A stretch of 64,000 nucleotides of DNA from Thecamonas trahens ATCC 50062 (lineage: Eukaryota; Protista; Apusomonadida): NCBI RefSeq assembly GCF_000142905.1, contig NW_013657668.1, forward strand, positions 296,492-360,491, given 5' to 3'. Of the stretch, positions 34,801-47,000 are shown piece after piece. Below the pieces are notes generated by a model, which did no database searches, was not told the origin of the DNA, and saw only the letters and a list, made by a program, of their open reading frames with translations. Position 1 is the stretch's first letter; every line of letters starts with the position of its first letter. The position numbers and the translations under genes are program-made.

Positions 34801-36841
34801 CCCACGCATCTCGCCCAACGCGTCAGCAACCGACTGTGCTGCGGCAAGCAGAAGCGACGAGTCGACCAGCGACGGCTCGCCACCGCCGGCAGCCAGCACC
34901 AGGTTGGCCAACCCAATGTTGACCGCTGCGGTGACATCGACCAGCGCATCATTCGAGTCGGCCACCGCAAGCAGCCGAGCCTCGCGCGCATCGTCGTCCT
35001 CGAAATCGGCATCCACAGCAGCTGCACGCTGCGGGAGCGGCGCATCAGCCGTCGACGGCAGCGCGGCGCTGGCTGCCGCAACAATGCCGGGCATCGCCGA
35101 CTTGACCTGGGCTGGCGAGGCCGGCGGCGCGTCGCTCGCCGAAATCACCATGTTGACAAGCTTGCGTTCCGGCTCGCGTTGCTTGCCTTTGGGCCGGGCC
35201 GGATAGATGAGACTCGCGGCTGTCGGTCGCCGCACCTCGTCCCACACCGGCGGCGCCATCTCCTCGCCCGTGTCAACCACCACGTGCGCCGCAAAGTAGG
35301 CAAAGTACTCGCGAATGAGCCGCAGCAAGTCGTGCACATACTGCTCGTCTTGCTTGCCAAGCACACACTGGAACGGCGCTAAGGGCTCCGACGCAAACTC
35401 GATGCGGAGTCCTGGCAACGAGTCGACCTGTGCGCCGTACGCCTCGGTCAAGTCGGCCCACGGGTTGGAAATGAGAAACCGCATTGCCTTGGGCTCCACT
35501 CGTGCAATGCCCTTCCCTCCGACAGCAAGCAGCCGCGGAATGTTGCGCGCTCGCCGCCCAGCCACAATCCGCTCGCGCATCTCGAAAAACGCCCACCCAA
35601 AGGTTGGCGAGCCGCGCACAAGTTCGACATACTTTCGCACCGCTGCCACGCCAGACATCCCGCGCAAGGCCTTGTACGCCTTGACCACGGCGTCGTCAAT
35701 CTTTTTCGCCTCGGTATGCGGCGGCGGTACAATGGTTGCCAGCGCCCCATCAAGCGCCGCGTGCGCCTCTTTGGACTTGGTGTAGTCGCCCTCCTCGATC
35801 TGCAAGATGCACGCTGCGAGCGCCACGGCCTCGTCCTCGCTCACCGGCATTTGCCGCGTCGACACCATCTGTCGGTACTGCCGGTACAGCAGCCGCGCCT
35901 GCAGCGGGTCGGCCAGGTCCTCATCCACGTGCCCTCGTGCCCCATCCGGAAAGAAGAGTTTCTGCTTGAAAATGAGTGGATCCGGCACATGCGTCTCATT
36001 GTTGGCTTCCCATGGGTCGAGTCGCACCTTTTGCTCGTGAAGCGTGAGATTGACGTTGAGCCATCCGGCCTCGGGCTCCTCCGGATCGTCGCGGAGCTTG
36101 AGCGAGTACTCGGCCACGTTGCGGACGCCGGCCGCCGTCGCCACCGCTTCGGATATCTTCTGCACGTTCCACGCCTCGTCGATGAGCACCCGCTTGACCG
36201 CATCAAAGACCAGGACCCGGATCGTCCGCCGCCGCTGCTTGTAGTGCAGCCGCATGCCACCCGTCAGGTTGTATCGATGCAGGTCGTGATGGAGCTCGAG
36301 GTACTGGGACTTGAACTCGACGTCGACCAGCGACGACGACGGCGCCGCACCAGTGTTGATGAGCGATGCCTGCGCGTCCCACGGGATGAACAAGCCCCAG
36401 CCCTGCTCCGGTGTCGAGTCTGCCGAGCCGTGGTTAAGCTCGTCGTTCACACGGTGACAAAGCTCCCTCACCGTCATCGCCGGATTCACGCCGCGGACGA
36501 CACGCCCCAACACCAGCTCCTCCACTCCCAGCGGGTTGCGCTTGTAGAGCTGCCCTCCCCACGCCCAGCAAAACCCGCTCCGCCGCTTGTTAGTCTTCCC
36601 ACCCCGCCCATCCCTCTCCAGCTTCACCCTCTCTCCTCCCCCACTGAGCCTGGGGAAAACCACCCTTCCCCCGCTGCCCTTCCCCCGGCTTGCCTACCTC
36701 GACACGCAGGTCCATGTCGGTAAAGGTGACATGGCCCTCAAGCTCAAACTGTTTCTGCGCCAGCTCTCCGTTGTATCCGACCGTCCGCACGTTGCCAGAG
36801 CCGGCAATCCGCGACTGCGGAGCACGCACTGGTGCCAACAT
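28843..36841 (-). CDS. TLN: Talin-like protein (F0-F3 FERM head, helical rod, C-terminal I/LWEQ-like region and dimerisation helix)
   Basis: KQRRRTIRVLVFDAVKRVLIDE..EYSL (F1), KLFF..DPLQARLLYRQ (F2), TFGWAFFEMRE..PRLLAVG (F3), then ~2100 aa of Ala-rich amphipathic helices. Exon 1 is 36841-36698, intron 36697-36550. Confidence 0.9.
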
Positions 36842-37099
36842 GTTGCCGAGAGCGGTGGCCAGAGACTGACAGGCCGGCGCCCCTCTTCGGCCGCCGGCTG
36901 CCGGCCGCCCGACAGCCAAACTCCCCCGCCCACCACCCTGCGCGACATCCGACAGCCCAGGACCACTCCCAGTCTCAACCCCCACCCCCCCGTCCCTCTT
37001 CCTCTCACCACCACCCACTCCACCCCACCCTCATCTTCACCTCACTCCCACCCCTCCCCCCCTCCCCCTTTCCTCCACCCAACCTCTAAATCTTTCCAT

Positions 37100-37912
37100 A
37101 TGTTGCGCTTGCTGGCCACCCAGCTGTGTGCGGCCCGGGCGGTGCGGACGCTGGCGTCCAGCCCGGCGCTGGCGGTCCCGGCCGCCGAGCTGGTCAAGCT
37201 CAATACGCTGGCAGACAACCCCGGCGCGCGGCGGGCGCGCAAGCGTGTGGGCCGTGGGCATGGCTCTGGCCGTGGCAAGACAGCAACGCGCGGACACAAG
37301 GGCCAGAAGGCGCGGTCGGGCGGAGCGCCCGCCCGAGGGTTTGAGGGCGGACAGACACCGCTGCGCAAGCGGCTGCCCAAGCGCGGCTTTACCAACGCCT
37401 CGTCGCTTGCCTACGTCCCACTCAACCTCGACCGCATCCAGACTGCTGTTGCCGACGGCAGGCTCGACGCCTCGGCGCCCATCACCATGCGCTCGCTCGT
37501 CAACGCCGGCGTCGTCTCGGCGTCGTCGGTCAAGGACGGCATCAAGCTCCTCGCCGGCAAGACGCCCGAGACCTTCCGCCTCCCCATCACGCTCGAAGTC
37601 TCGGCCGCCTCGTCGACTGCCATCGAGGCCATCGAGCGCGCCGGTGGCTCCATCAAGACTGTCTACTTTAACCGCCTCGGCCTGCGCGCCCTGCTCAAGC
37701 CGCACACCTTTGACGTCATGCCGCGCCTCGCCCGCCCGCCGCCGCGCCTTCGCGCCCGCTACGAGTCGTACGAGCACCGCGGCTACCTCGCGCCCGAGTT
37801 TGCGGGCGACTATCCGGCTGGCTGGCTCGACGGCGCCGCCGACGTCGACGCTGCCCTCGATGCCATGCTCGCCACCGCAAAGTCGACGGCAGAGGCCGAC
37901 GATGCCGAGTAA
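37100..37912 (+). CDS. MRPL15: Mitochondrial ribosomal protein uL15m
   Basis: Presequence followed by LADNPGARR..KRVGRGHGSGRGKTATRGHKGQKAR..GFEGGQTPL..LPKRGF. Confidence 0.95.
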   Translation: MLRLLATQLCAARAVRTLASSPALAVPAAELVKLNTLADNPGARRARKRVGRGHGSGRGKTATRGHKGQKARSGGAPARGFEGGQTPLRKRLPKRGFTNASSLAYVPLNLDRIQTAVADGRLDASAPITMRSLVNAGVVSASSVKDGIKLLAGKTPETFRLPITLEVSAASSTAIEAIERAGGSIKTVYFNRLGLRALLKPHTFDVMPRLARPPPRLRARYESYEHRGYLAPEFAGDYPAGWLDGAADVDAALDAMLATAKSTAEADDAE

Positions 37913-37923
37913 CACCCTCGTCC

Positions 37924-38976
37924 TCAGCACCGCCACTTGTTCCCGCAGTTGGTGCAAGTGACAAAGACCGTCATCGGCTCATCCGCAGACCGCGTCTGCA
38001 ACTGGTAGTATGTGCACTTGCGCTCCTTGCACTTGCCGCACTTGAACATGTCCGTCTCCGCCATCACCTCGGCCATAGCCATGTCCTTGTCGCCCTGGAT
38101 CTTGGCCGCCTTGATCGTGTCGCGCACATCCGGGTTGACAAGATCCTCGTCCGAGAGGCCCATGAACATCTCGGTCGACATCGAGCCCTGCAGCAGTTGC
38201 AGCGGCAGCGGGTTCTTCTCGTCGCGGAGCACCGCCGCAATCGCCCGCCCGCGTCGCTTGTAGTCGGCAGTCACGTCCTCGCCCTCAGCAGCAAACATCG
38301 CCTCCTCGATCGCCACCGCCACCTCCGCTGGCGTGCGCTCCTGACCGCCCTCGGCCGTCTTGCCGAGTCCCTCAAAGAAGAGCTTGCGCATAAAGTCGCG
38401 CGCACGCACTCCGGTTGTCGCATACGTCCCGCTGCTCACCGCCTTGTTGTCCGCACGGACCTTGCTGGCAGGCTTCGCCTCCGCTCCCGCCTCGGGCTTG
38501 GCTGCCGCTACCTTTGCGCTTGCCGGCGGCGCCATGCGCTTGAACGACTTTTGCCCCGGCGGCGTCGCCGGCGACTTGGAGCCAGAGTACATCGCCCGCC
38601 ACGAAGCCAGGAGTCTCTTGGCCTTGGTCCGGACCTCGGGCACTTCGTGCTTGCGCAGCATGTTCACCGTGTGGCCTACCTTGGTCTTCTTCAGCACCTC
38701 CACCGTCACAGGCTCGCTCTCCAGCTGCACAAGCATGTCCAGCACACGCTCCTTGGCCTACCCCCCCGGAACCCATCCCCCCGTTCCCGTCCCCACCCCA
38801 CCCGTTCCCGTCCCCAGTGGCGCAGCTGTAAGTCGCACTCAATCTACCCCCCTCTCCCCCCCTTCCTCCCTCCCTCCCCCCCCCTCCCCCCTCCCACATA
38901 CCGTTGCGTCGCTCACAAGCGACTTGAGGTCCATGTTGATCCCCATCACCGTCGCCACTGTCCCGGACTTTGCCAT
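37924..38976 (-). CDS. TCEA1: Transcription elongation factor TFIIS
   Basis: Domain I TKVGHTVNMLRK; zinc ribbon CGKC..YYQLQTRSADEPMTVFVTCTNCGNKW. Intron 38901-38758. Confidence 0.96.
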
Positions 38977-39082
38977 AACTGCTATCCGTCTATCGACAAG
39001 AGTTACCCTCATACCCCAACCCCAACCCTTGCCTCCAACCACATGGAGGCGGACTTCAATGCGCACACACACACTCTCTCTC

Positions 39083-41032
39083 TCAAGGCGTCATCGAGAA
39101 ACTTTGCAGCCGCAACGAGGCATCAAGCATATCCGACAAGAAACTCTTGTGGAGATACTCGTTCTCAATCGCCTGCAGCCGTCCAATCGCCTCTTCCCAC
39201 GCCGCTCTCTCTTCCGCACATGCGCTGGAGGCATGCTCCGGCGCAAGACCCTCTAGCTCGCGATAGGCGCGTGCCCACGCCCGCGCCACAGCGTCGAGCT
39301 CCATCTCGAGCGCTGCCTTGCACTCGGTCTCATGCGCTACCCGGTCGTCGATATGCCCGAGTCCGACACTTGCGTCGGCTACCGCTTCGGCATCTTGCGC
39401 CGCGTTGGCTCGCTGCTTGTGCAGCAGGAGCGCCTCGCGCTCTTGCAGGCGCAGCTCGATTCGTGCGTTGGACGCAAACACCGCCAGTGCTGTCTTGTGG
39501 TACTTGCGGACAAGAAGCGCCAGCTGCGCACGCGTCAGCGCCCGCGCCTGCTCCGCCCCGACAGCCTCCGTCTCTGCAACAACATCCGCCGCCAATCGCT
39601 TGACCTTAGGCGCCGCTTCCGCCAGCGCGCTGGCCACCGCCAGACGCGCATTCAGCCTTGCCTCGGTGTCTTGGGCTTTGGCCAACGCCGTCGCAACAGC
39701 AGTCTTCAGCTCGTCGCTTCGCCGCGCTGCGCTTGCCTTGGCCCGCTCCAACAACGCCCGCTTCTTCGCCAGCTCCCACATCGACGCCTGCTGCTCGGCA
39801 AGCTGCGCCACGATCAGCCGCGCCTCGTCCTGCAGCGACCGCAGCGCTTGGGCGCCGACAGCTCTTGCGGCGTCATTGCGCACAAGTTCGGCATCGAGAA
39901 CGTCAACAAGCGTCTGCGGCGGCTGCGCCTCCAGCGCGTTGGCCATTCGCCGCAGCGAAAACGCCTGCTCTACGCATTGCTCCCGCTCCGAGCCTGCATC
40001 GCTTGCCTCCATCATCGCAAGCGAAAGAGCTTCCTTGGCCGCTTGTAGGTCATTCTGGTACTTGGCCACCTCGCCGCCGAGCGCGGCACACACCTCCAGC
40101 ACCTGGTCTACGCCGCGGTACAGCTTCGCCTCCTCGCCAATCAGCTCCGGGACCCAGTCCGAGCCACGCCGCTTGGCCTCGAACCCGTCGCAAGCGCCCG
40201 CCACCGCTTCGGCCGACATCACTGCCTCGGCCACGTCCGACTCGCTCAGCCGTTTCAGCATGGCAAACCGATCCAGTCCGTCCACCACTTGCCGCAGCGA
40301 GCCTGCGGCGCTGTTCATCACAGCTGCATTGCATCTGCGCCCCAGGGCACGCACAAGTTCAAGCACATCGCGTGCCAACGGCGCAAGAAGCCCCAGCATC
40401 GGTGCATACAATTTCATCGCATCCTGCGCCCGTGCATCCAGCTCGTCGGCCAGCTGCGCAAGGCGGGCCTGCGCTTCCGCCCTCTCGACCTCATCGTCCT
40501 CTCCCTCCACCGCAAATCCACCCGCAGCCAGCAAGTCAGCGACATCGGGTGCGCCGCACAGCGCGCCGTCGAGCGCACAACGAAACGCGTCGCCATCGCA
40601 CGAGGCGTCAGCAGCAGCAAGACCAGCGTCAGCCACCGCGTCGATGGCGGCCAGCGCCTTAGCGGCCAGCGCGCCCACCTCGGCCGCTGCCGCCTTGGCG
40701 GCTTCCCGCACGGTCTCAGCCTCCACCAGCGCGCCAACCTGGAACAGCCGTTGTTGTCCTAGCGAAGCTCTTCGCTGCCGGGGTGTACTTCCGACCTGTG
40801 CGGAGCTGGGGCTTGAGCGGCCGCCTGCCGCTGGCGGAGACTGTGCGGCGGAACGAGCGGGCGGCGCCAAGTTGCTAGGCGCGGCCACTTTACCCGCCGG
40901 GCTCTTGGTCTTGGTCACTACCGCGAGCCGCCGGGAGCCAAGAACCACCCTGCGGGTGTGGGTCTGGACCTGGGCGGCTTCCTGCCGTGGGAGCCGGACC
41001 GGGCTGATCCGGGATGGCAGCGTGGGGTGCAT
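39083..41032 (-). CDS. Long coiled-coil protein, possibly paraflagellar-rod-like
   Basis: Uninterrupted ~650-aa helical ORF with plausible codon usage; the family assignment is tentative. Confidence 0.65.
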   Translation of the reverse strand: MHPTLPSRISPVRLPRQEAAQVQTHTRRVVLGSRRLAVVTKTKSPAGKVAAPSNLAPPARSAAQSPPAAGGRSSPSSAQVGSTPRQRRASLGQQRLFQVGALVEAETVREAAKAAAAEVGALAAKALAAIDAVADAGLAAADASCDGDAFRCALDGALCGAPDVADLLAAGGFAVEGEDDEVERAEAQARLAQLADELDARAQDAMKLYAPMLGLLAPLARDVLELVRALGRRCNAAVMNSAAGSLRQVVDGLDRFAMLKRLSESDVAEAVMSAEAVAGACDGFEAKRRGSDWVPELIGEEAKLYRGVDQVLEVCAALGGEVAKYQNDLQAAKEALSLAMMEASDAGSEREQCVEQAFSLRRMANALEAQPPQTLVDVLDAELVRNDAARAVGAQALRSLQDEARLIVAQLAEQQASMWELAKKRALLERAKASAARRSDELKTAVATALAKAQDTEARLNARLAVASALAEAAPKVKRLAADVVAETEAVGAEQARALTRAQLALLVRKYHKTALAVFASNARIELRLQEREALLLHKQRANAAQDAEAVADASVGLGHIDDRVAHETECKAALEMELDAVARAWARAYRELEGLAPEHASSACAEERAAWEEAIGRLQAIENEYLHKSFLSDMLDASLRLQSFSMTP

Positions 41033-41068
41033 CGGCAGACAAGTCTGACCCTCCCAGCGCACGAGTGT

Positions 41069-43021
41069 TCATTGGTTGGCTCGCCGCCGCCGCAGTCGCG
41101 GCGATCGCCTCGGCGTCAACGGCACCGCAGGCTCCAGCGCAGCACCTCGTATGTCATCGCTGCTTCTGCTATTGGCGACATCGCAATGCTGCGCCCGGAG
41201 TTTGCGGACTGCACACTCTTGGAGCCACTCGCGGCGGTCGCGCGCGACGGCGACAGCTGTAGACGTCCGTGGGAGGAGCCACCAAAGGACAAGCCCCATC
41301 AAGAGCGCGAGATGCTCCACCAGCAGAAGATGCAGCATGAGTAGCCGTCCAGACGTGTACTGCTCCCGCAGCACTCCCTCTTCGACGTGGAAGAGCATCG
41401 AAAAGAGCGCCGCAATCTGCGACGACAAAAAGCAGATCAGGAGTGAGTTGACCGGGATGGCCAGCCACGCCATGCTCGCCACCACCTTGCTCCACGCACC
41501 GATGCCGCTGGCAAGTTGTGGGGCAGGCCGCCGGTAGGCGTGAGCTAGCTTCCATATGTCTGATGCACCCTCGACTAGGTTGGACGCCAGCGCCACCGCG
41601 CCTGCGGCTGGAAACGCGGTCGCAAACAACAGCACGTACGCGTACTGCAACACCATCTCCAGATAGTCGTCAAACACGTCGTGGACAGGAAGTCGCCACT
41701 GCGCCACAAGTTTCTCCTCGAGAGCCACCACGCCGTCGTCGTCGACATCGTCGTCGATGCCAAGCCACCACTCGCTCACCCGCGTCGACATCACGGGGAC
41801 AACGGACTCTACGATGACTCGCCGCGCCTCGTCCGAGAGGTACAGCGCCACAAGCTCGGCTTGCAGAACTCCGAGATCAAAGCGGACAAAGGCGATGTAG
41901 GCAAGCGGGAGAAAGGCGTCGGCGAGCTCAAAGAACACGCGCTTGAGCACCAGCGCGTTGGCAGCTTCGCCCTCGGTGGCGTAGTTCTCGTACTCGGTCA
42001 GCCTCCCAGCCACTCGCCGGTACACGCTGTTGAGCCACGAGATGACCAGTGAGTGGGCGACAACAGGGACAAAGAACAGCCAGCCTTCAGGATCAAGCAG
42101 GCGACCGGGCGCCGCAAACCGAGCAAGCCATGGCACATACGCCCACGATTCGGCGTCGACCACGTAGCCCTGCAGATTGAGCGAGCACACCATTGTCGCC
42201 ACCGCAGCACACAGAAGGGCAAGGGTGACAACCAGCGACACAGTCTGTCGCCGTAATCTGCGCATCGGCGAAAAGTAGAGCTCCTGCTCGCCAGTTACGG
42301 GCGACGTCCGCAGCTGTCCCATGAAAGTCGGCGAGACGCGTGACCGCGGGACGTGGAACAGGGTCTGCCACCGCAGAGCCAGATCGCCGGCCCGGACGCC
42401 CCAGCCGGACACAAACGCCACACCCCATGCCATGGCTACAAACGCAAACAGAGGCGCGACCCGCGAGTGGTGGATCGACGGCTCTGGATCGCAGAGCCAT
42501 GCTGCCAAGCCGAGGCACGCCAGCGGCACCAGCCACGCATTGAGATGCCCAAGCCAGCCAAAGTAGAAACCAAGCGCCTCACCGTAGTACTCGCGGATGT
42601 CGTCCAGCGCGTCATCATCGAGAACAGCCACTGGCTGCGGCCGCTCGCCATCGTGGAGCGGTACCACATCCTCGACGGCTTGCCCGGCCCGCAGCTCGGC
42701 CATGACCGGCAGCTCGCCCACTGCCCTCAGCATCAGCATCAACTCCCGCGCGCGGCCGCCTCTTGCGTCCAGCACCTCTGCCCCTGGCACGTCCAGATCA
42801 AGCGCCAGCACCCTCGCCTCGCGGACCAGGACTTCCGCCTGTGCTGCGCCGTCTGCTGGTGGCGCCAGGAGCACAAACTCACGCCCAGCATCCGGCCCGG
42901 CCCCCTCCACCTTGGCTGCCTCCAGCCCGGCCGCGCACGCCGCGTCCGCCAGCCGCCCGCCTGCTCCACCCCCGCTCCGGACGACTACCAGAACCAGCCA
43001 CGGCGCCCCGCTCTGCCGCAT
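41069..43021 (-). CDS. Anoctamin / TMEM16 (ANO10-like) channel or scramblase
   Basis: DDIREYYGEALGFYF, LTEYENY, FDDYLEMVLQYAYVLLFATAFP, NLVEGASD (Ca-binding acidic residues) and RRP..GIGAW. Confidence 0.92.
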   Translation of the reverse strand: MRQSGAPWLVLVVVRSGGGAGGRLADAACAAGLEAAKVEGAGPDAGREFVLLAPPADGAAQAEVLVREARVLALDLDVPGAEVLDARGGRARELMLMLRAVGELPVMAELRAGQAVEDVVPLHDGERPQPVAVLDDDALDDIREYYGEALGFYFGWLGHLNAWLVPLACLGLAAWLCDPEPSIHHSRVAPLFAFVAMAWGVAFVSGWGVRAGDLALRWQTLFHVPRSRVSPTFMGQLRTSPVTGEQELYFSPMRRLRRQTVSLVVTLALLCAAVATMVCSLNLQGYVVDAESWAYVPWLARFAAPGRLLDPEGWLFFVPVVAHSLVISWLNSVYRRVAGRLTEYENYATEGEAANALVLKRVFFELADAFLPLAYIAFVRFDLGVLQAELVALYLSDEARRVIVESVVPVMSTRVSEWWLGIDDDVDDDGVVALEEKLVAQWRLPVHDVFDDYLEMVLQYAYVLLFATAFPAAGAVALASNLVEGASDIWKLAHAYRRPAPQLASGIGAWSKVVASMAWLAIPVNSLLICFLSSQIAALFSMLFHVEEGVLREQYTSGRLLMLHLLLVEHLALLMGLVLWWLLPRTSTAVAVARDRREWLQECAVRKLRAQHCDVANSRSSDDIRGAALEPAVPLTPRRSPRLRRRRANQ

Positions 43022-43187
43022 GCCTCTATTCACCCTCCAAGCCCACCAGGCGGCTCGAGCCAAGTGTGTGTATGGTCATTCTTCATTACGCTGGGGGTGG
43101 GACCAGGGCCTGGGTCTGGGCTCCCGGCCTCGGAGGGCAACCGCACGATACAGCACGGCGCCTTCCTCGAGGGCTTCTGGTCCTCGC

Positions 43188-43811
43188 TTACTGGCCGCCG
43201 ACCTGCTCTGCCATGACGTCGATCTCGTCACCGTCCTCCATCTCCAGCTGCTCGGCCGTCATGTCCTCGCGCACCCGGCTGCCATCAAACATGAACCGGA
43301 CGGCGGAAATGTCGACTCCCGCTCGCGAGCAGTACGCCCGCATCAGCTTGCTCAGCGGCGTGTTGCGCTTGATCTTGAAGAACACATCATCTCCAGACTG
43401 CCCAGCTTGTAAGTGCCCCGCCGTCCCCTTCACTGACCCACCAGGTCGCCAAGTCGCCTTATCCGCATTCGGCTCTGGAGGGGGCTGTGACCAGCACCAC
43501 CCCACAAACACCACGTATCCCCCTCCCCTCCCCTCAGCCTTCTCCTCCAACGAACCCCATCCATCTCCTTATGCCCCACACCGCGAGCCATCTGCGGCAC
43601 ACTCCCTCCCTGCTGCGGTGCTCCATGTAGATTCGTCTCCATCACGGCGACAAGCCCGTTCGTCCACTCCCCCTCGTCCACACCACCACCCTCAATACAC
43701 CCGTACCTGCGACACCACATGGATCTGAATGTGGTTGGATGCTTCTGTGGCCCCGGCGGTGTCGTCCTTGACCTTCGGCTTGCTTTCCGGAGCAGGTGCA
43801 GGGTCCGACAT
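43188..43811 (-). CDS. SUMO: SUMO (SMT3)
   Basis: Exons 43811-43707 and 43397-43188 give HIQIHVVSQ|[45 protein letters not shown]. Confidence 0.96.
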
Positions 43812-44044
43812 GGCTGGTGCAGAAAAGTGTGCCTTGCTCTTGCCCCCTCCTGGTGAGCCCGCTCTCCCCCCGTCCGACCTGCTGCCGGCAAACAGCTACC
43901 GCGACTAAAGCCAACGTCACCGACACGCGTCCCTGACGTGCCGCGATGTTCTTCTTGCTTTGACTCGCCGATCGGAATCTTTTCACATCAAAAAAGGGCA
44001 CACAAGGTCCGTTGGTGAATCGCAGCTTTTATGTGTGCCCTTGC

Positions 44045-47000
44045 CTACTCCTTATGCGAGCGCAGCTCCCATGGGAGTCGCGGCTCGAGCTGGTCCCAGG
44101 TGCCATCGAACAGGCGGATGTCGCCGTCAGTGACGCCAAAGGCAAAGTCGAGCAGGAAGACCTTGCGCATGGCGCGCCGCAAGAGCCGAACTCCAAAGGC
44201 GCGCCGCAGCTTGTTGTTGTTCTTGCGGCCGATGTTCCACGACACGCCGTTGTCGAGGACCGGGAGGATGGTAAAGTCGCGCGCGCCTTCCTCGACTGAG
44301 AGCAGTTTGCCCGAGATCAGCACAATGACCTTCTCCAGCACGGCGATCTTGGCCTCAACGAGCCCCATGGAGCCGCCTTCATAGCACAGGCGGTCCATCA
44401 GCTCTGGCAGCATGTTGGTGAACCGCGAGGTCCGCCACAAGGTGCGCGAGCCCAGCAGCACCTCGAGCGACGTCGTGAACGACTTCAAGGTCGTGGTGCT
44501 CGCCACGCCGCGCTGCCGCACCACATCGTCAAACAGCTTGCCCAGCGCGGCCTCGATGGCACCGCGCTTCATGACGTACATGGTCGACGCCAGTGACACC
44601 AGTGACCGGTCGGCATCGCTGACAAGCTCCGACGCGTAAGTTCCGTTGGCCAGCCCGGCTCGCGCCTTGCGAGTCACCCGGAACATCGTGCCCTGCGCCA
44701 CCGCCGCGCGCAAGACCTGCACGCCTGCCGAGCACCCAGTCGGCGCCGAGGGCTCGGCCGAGTCCACCGGGTCCAGCAAGCAGCCCACAAACTTGGCGAG
44801 CGTGCAGCCCGTGCTGCCGTCTCCCCGGCTCGCCTCCTTCAGCACCTCGGTCCAAGCCTCAGGTGCAAGGCCGCCGCGGGTGTCCATCTCCTCCAGCGCC
44901 GCACCGTCATCAACCAGCGCCCGCCACGCCGTCACGTAGCGAATGGTCTGCAGCAGACCGGCACCAGTCGGGTACCCACCCGACGCCACGCCGTCGAGCG
45001 CGCCCGAGAACTTGGCGATGAGCGCGAGCATGTCGATCGAGACCACCCCCGGCTCGTACGACGTGCCGTCAAAGCCGAGCTGGTCCAGAACCAGCTCATC
45101 AATGACCTCAGCACCCAGAACCAACTCGTCTTTGGTGCTCAGCCGATTGTCGAGGTACTGGACTGTCAGCGCTGGCCGATTCGACTCGGCATACGGCGCG
45201 GAGAGCTGCGGCAAGCGCGCCCGGGCCACCAGCTCGTCCTCGGAGCGGCTCGCCAGCATCTTCCATGCGGCCTCGACGTCAAAGGTGTCGTCAGACTCGC
45301 GGTACGTAGCCAGTGGATCCACCAGCCCATCGACTAGACGCTCTATCGCCCGCGACGGCGCGTTTGCAAACAGCGTGTACGCACCGCGCCGGACCACTGC
45401 CCGCAAAAGTGAGAGCCAGAACCGGTTCCACACGGCTGGCGTCGGGAAGATCTCGGCGTAGTCCTCGTCCGACAGCACGAGCACATAGCCGATGAGCGCA
45501 AACAGATTCTTGACCTGGCACACCGACCGGTCGAGCTCCGAGTTGATAAAGCCGGCGACGGCGGTACGAATCTCGTCGTACAGACCCGCTGTGTCAAGCG
45601 CCACAGCCCGCGCCGTTCGTTGCACCGCGAGAACCAGCCGCAGCTCGCGCTCGCCAGCCGGCGACGCCAGCCGAGCCACCATCGTGCCGAGGACAAGAAA
45701 GATGACATGGACCTGGGCCGGGTGGTAGCCGAGAGGATCAAGCGTAACAAAGAAGCCCAACGCTTGCTTGAGCTTGATCAGGGCAGCCTCGCCGTGCTCC
45801 GGCGTCAGATACAACGGAAGCCAGGCGTTGATGGGCTCGCGGCCACGGCCGGCCAACATTCCTGTGGCCGAGGCCGACGCGCCGGCCGCGCTCGCGGCGG
45901 ACGTAGCCGAGTTAGAGCCCCGCTGGCGCGGGAGAAACCCGCCAAGCACCGCCTCGGCGCCGTGGATCTTGACGCCGTACTCGAGCGCATCCTCCATGGC
46001 CGAGAGCGTGACAAACGTCGAGGTGACTTCGTCGATGCGGATCTGAGTAGGGTCGTCAACCACAAACTCGGGCCGGGTCACCGTGAGGCCGAATCCAAGC
46101 ACGTCCTTGTCCTCCGCCACTTCGGTCCAGTCCTGCAGCGTAAGGGTGCAGGCAAAGAGGTCAAGCGAGTCCGGCGGCGCGGAAGCGGCAAGTTCAGCGG
46201 CGTCGGCCTGCGAAAGCCGCGCAAGTGCAGCGGCATCGCGCACCATCATTGCCGTGTTGAGCTTGATTCGGCGAGTCATCCGCCGCTGGCGCCCGCGCTG
46301 AGCAAACGTAGTGACGTGCGCCAGCTCAGCCAGTCGCGCCCGACCGACTGCCATCCGCTGCGCCTGAATCTCGGCCAGCGTCCGCTCGAGGCCGGCCAGC
46401 GTGTCGGCCACGGTGTTTCGGAGAGCAAGGACCGAGGGCCGCAGCTCGCGCGCGATTCGGAACAGAGAGTTGGTGTGGACTGCCGCAAACTCGCGGGAGA
46501 GCTTCTCCACCCGCCGCAGCAGCTGCGCAGCCTCGCGGTCGGTGCCGGCCACATCACCGGAGGTGGTCAGCGCCGCCGTTGCCTGGGTCAGCGTCTCGAG
46601 CTTCGCTTGGCTCCGCTGCAGCGAGGCGACAAGAACGCCATAGGCGCCGGCGTCGGCGGCAATCGGGATCTCGATGGCCACCTCGGCGTCGATCGACGCA
46701 CTCGCAACCGTGGCCGAGACGCGCAGCGGGGTTGGAACTAGCCACGCCCGCGGGCGTGTCGCCTCAATCGGCAGCATCAGGCGCGCCGAGCCCGAGATGT
46801 CGACCTCAACCGCATGAACCGATGGCACACCGGCCGCGAGCGTCACCTCGCACCGCTCTGTTCCCGGCAGCGCGGTGGGAACCAGGCCGACCTGGAGCGT
46901 GAGCATGACCCGCGACGCCGAGCTGGCCACATGGCCGTAAAAGGCCTCAATCTTGGACTTGAGCACAGCCGGGCCGTCCAGCGGCTCGGCATACATGTAC

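Noticed and set aside
29381-35785. Long + strand Ser/Ala-rich ORFs opposite talin (similar ones lie opposite most genes)
   Set aside because: Antisense ORFs are expected from GC-rich codon bias and carry no motifs.
36587-37099. N-terminal extension of the uL15m ORF (MALKLKLFLRQ...)
   Set aside because: It overlaps talin exon 1 on the opposite strand and the shared promoter; the ATG at 37100 gives a normal mitochondrial presequence.
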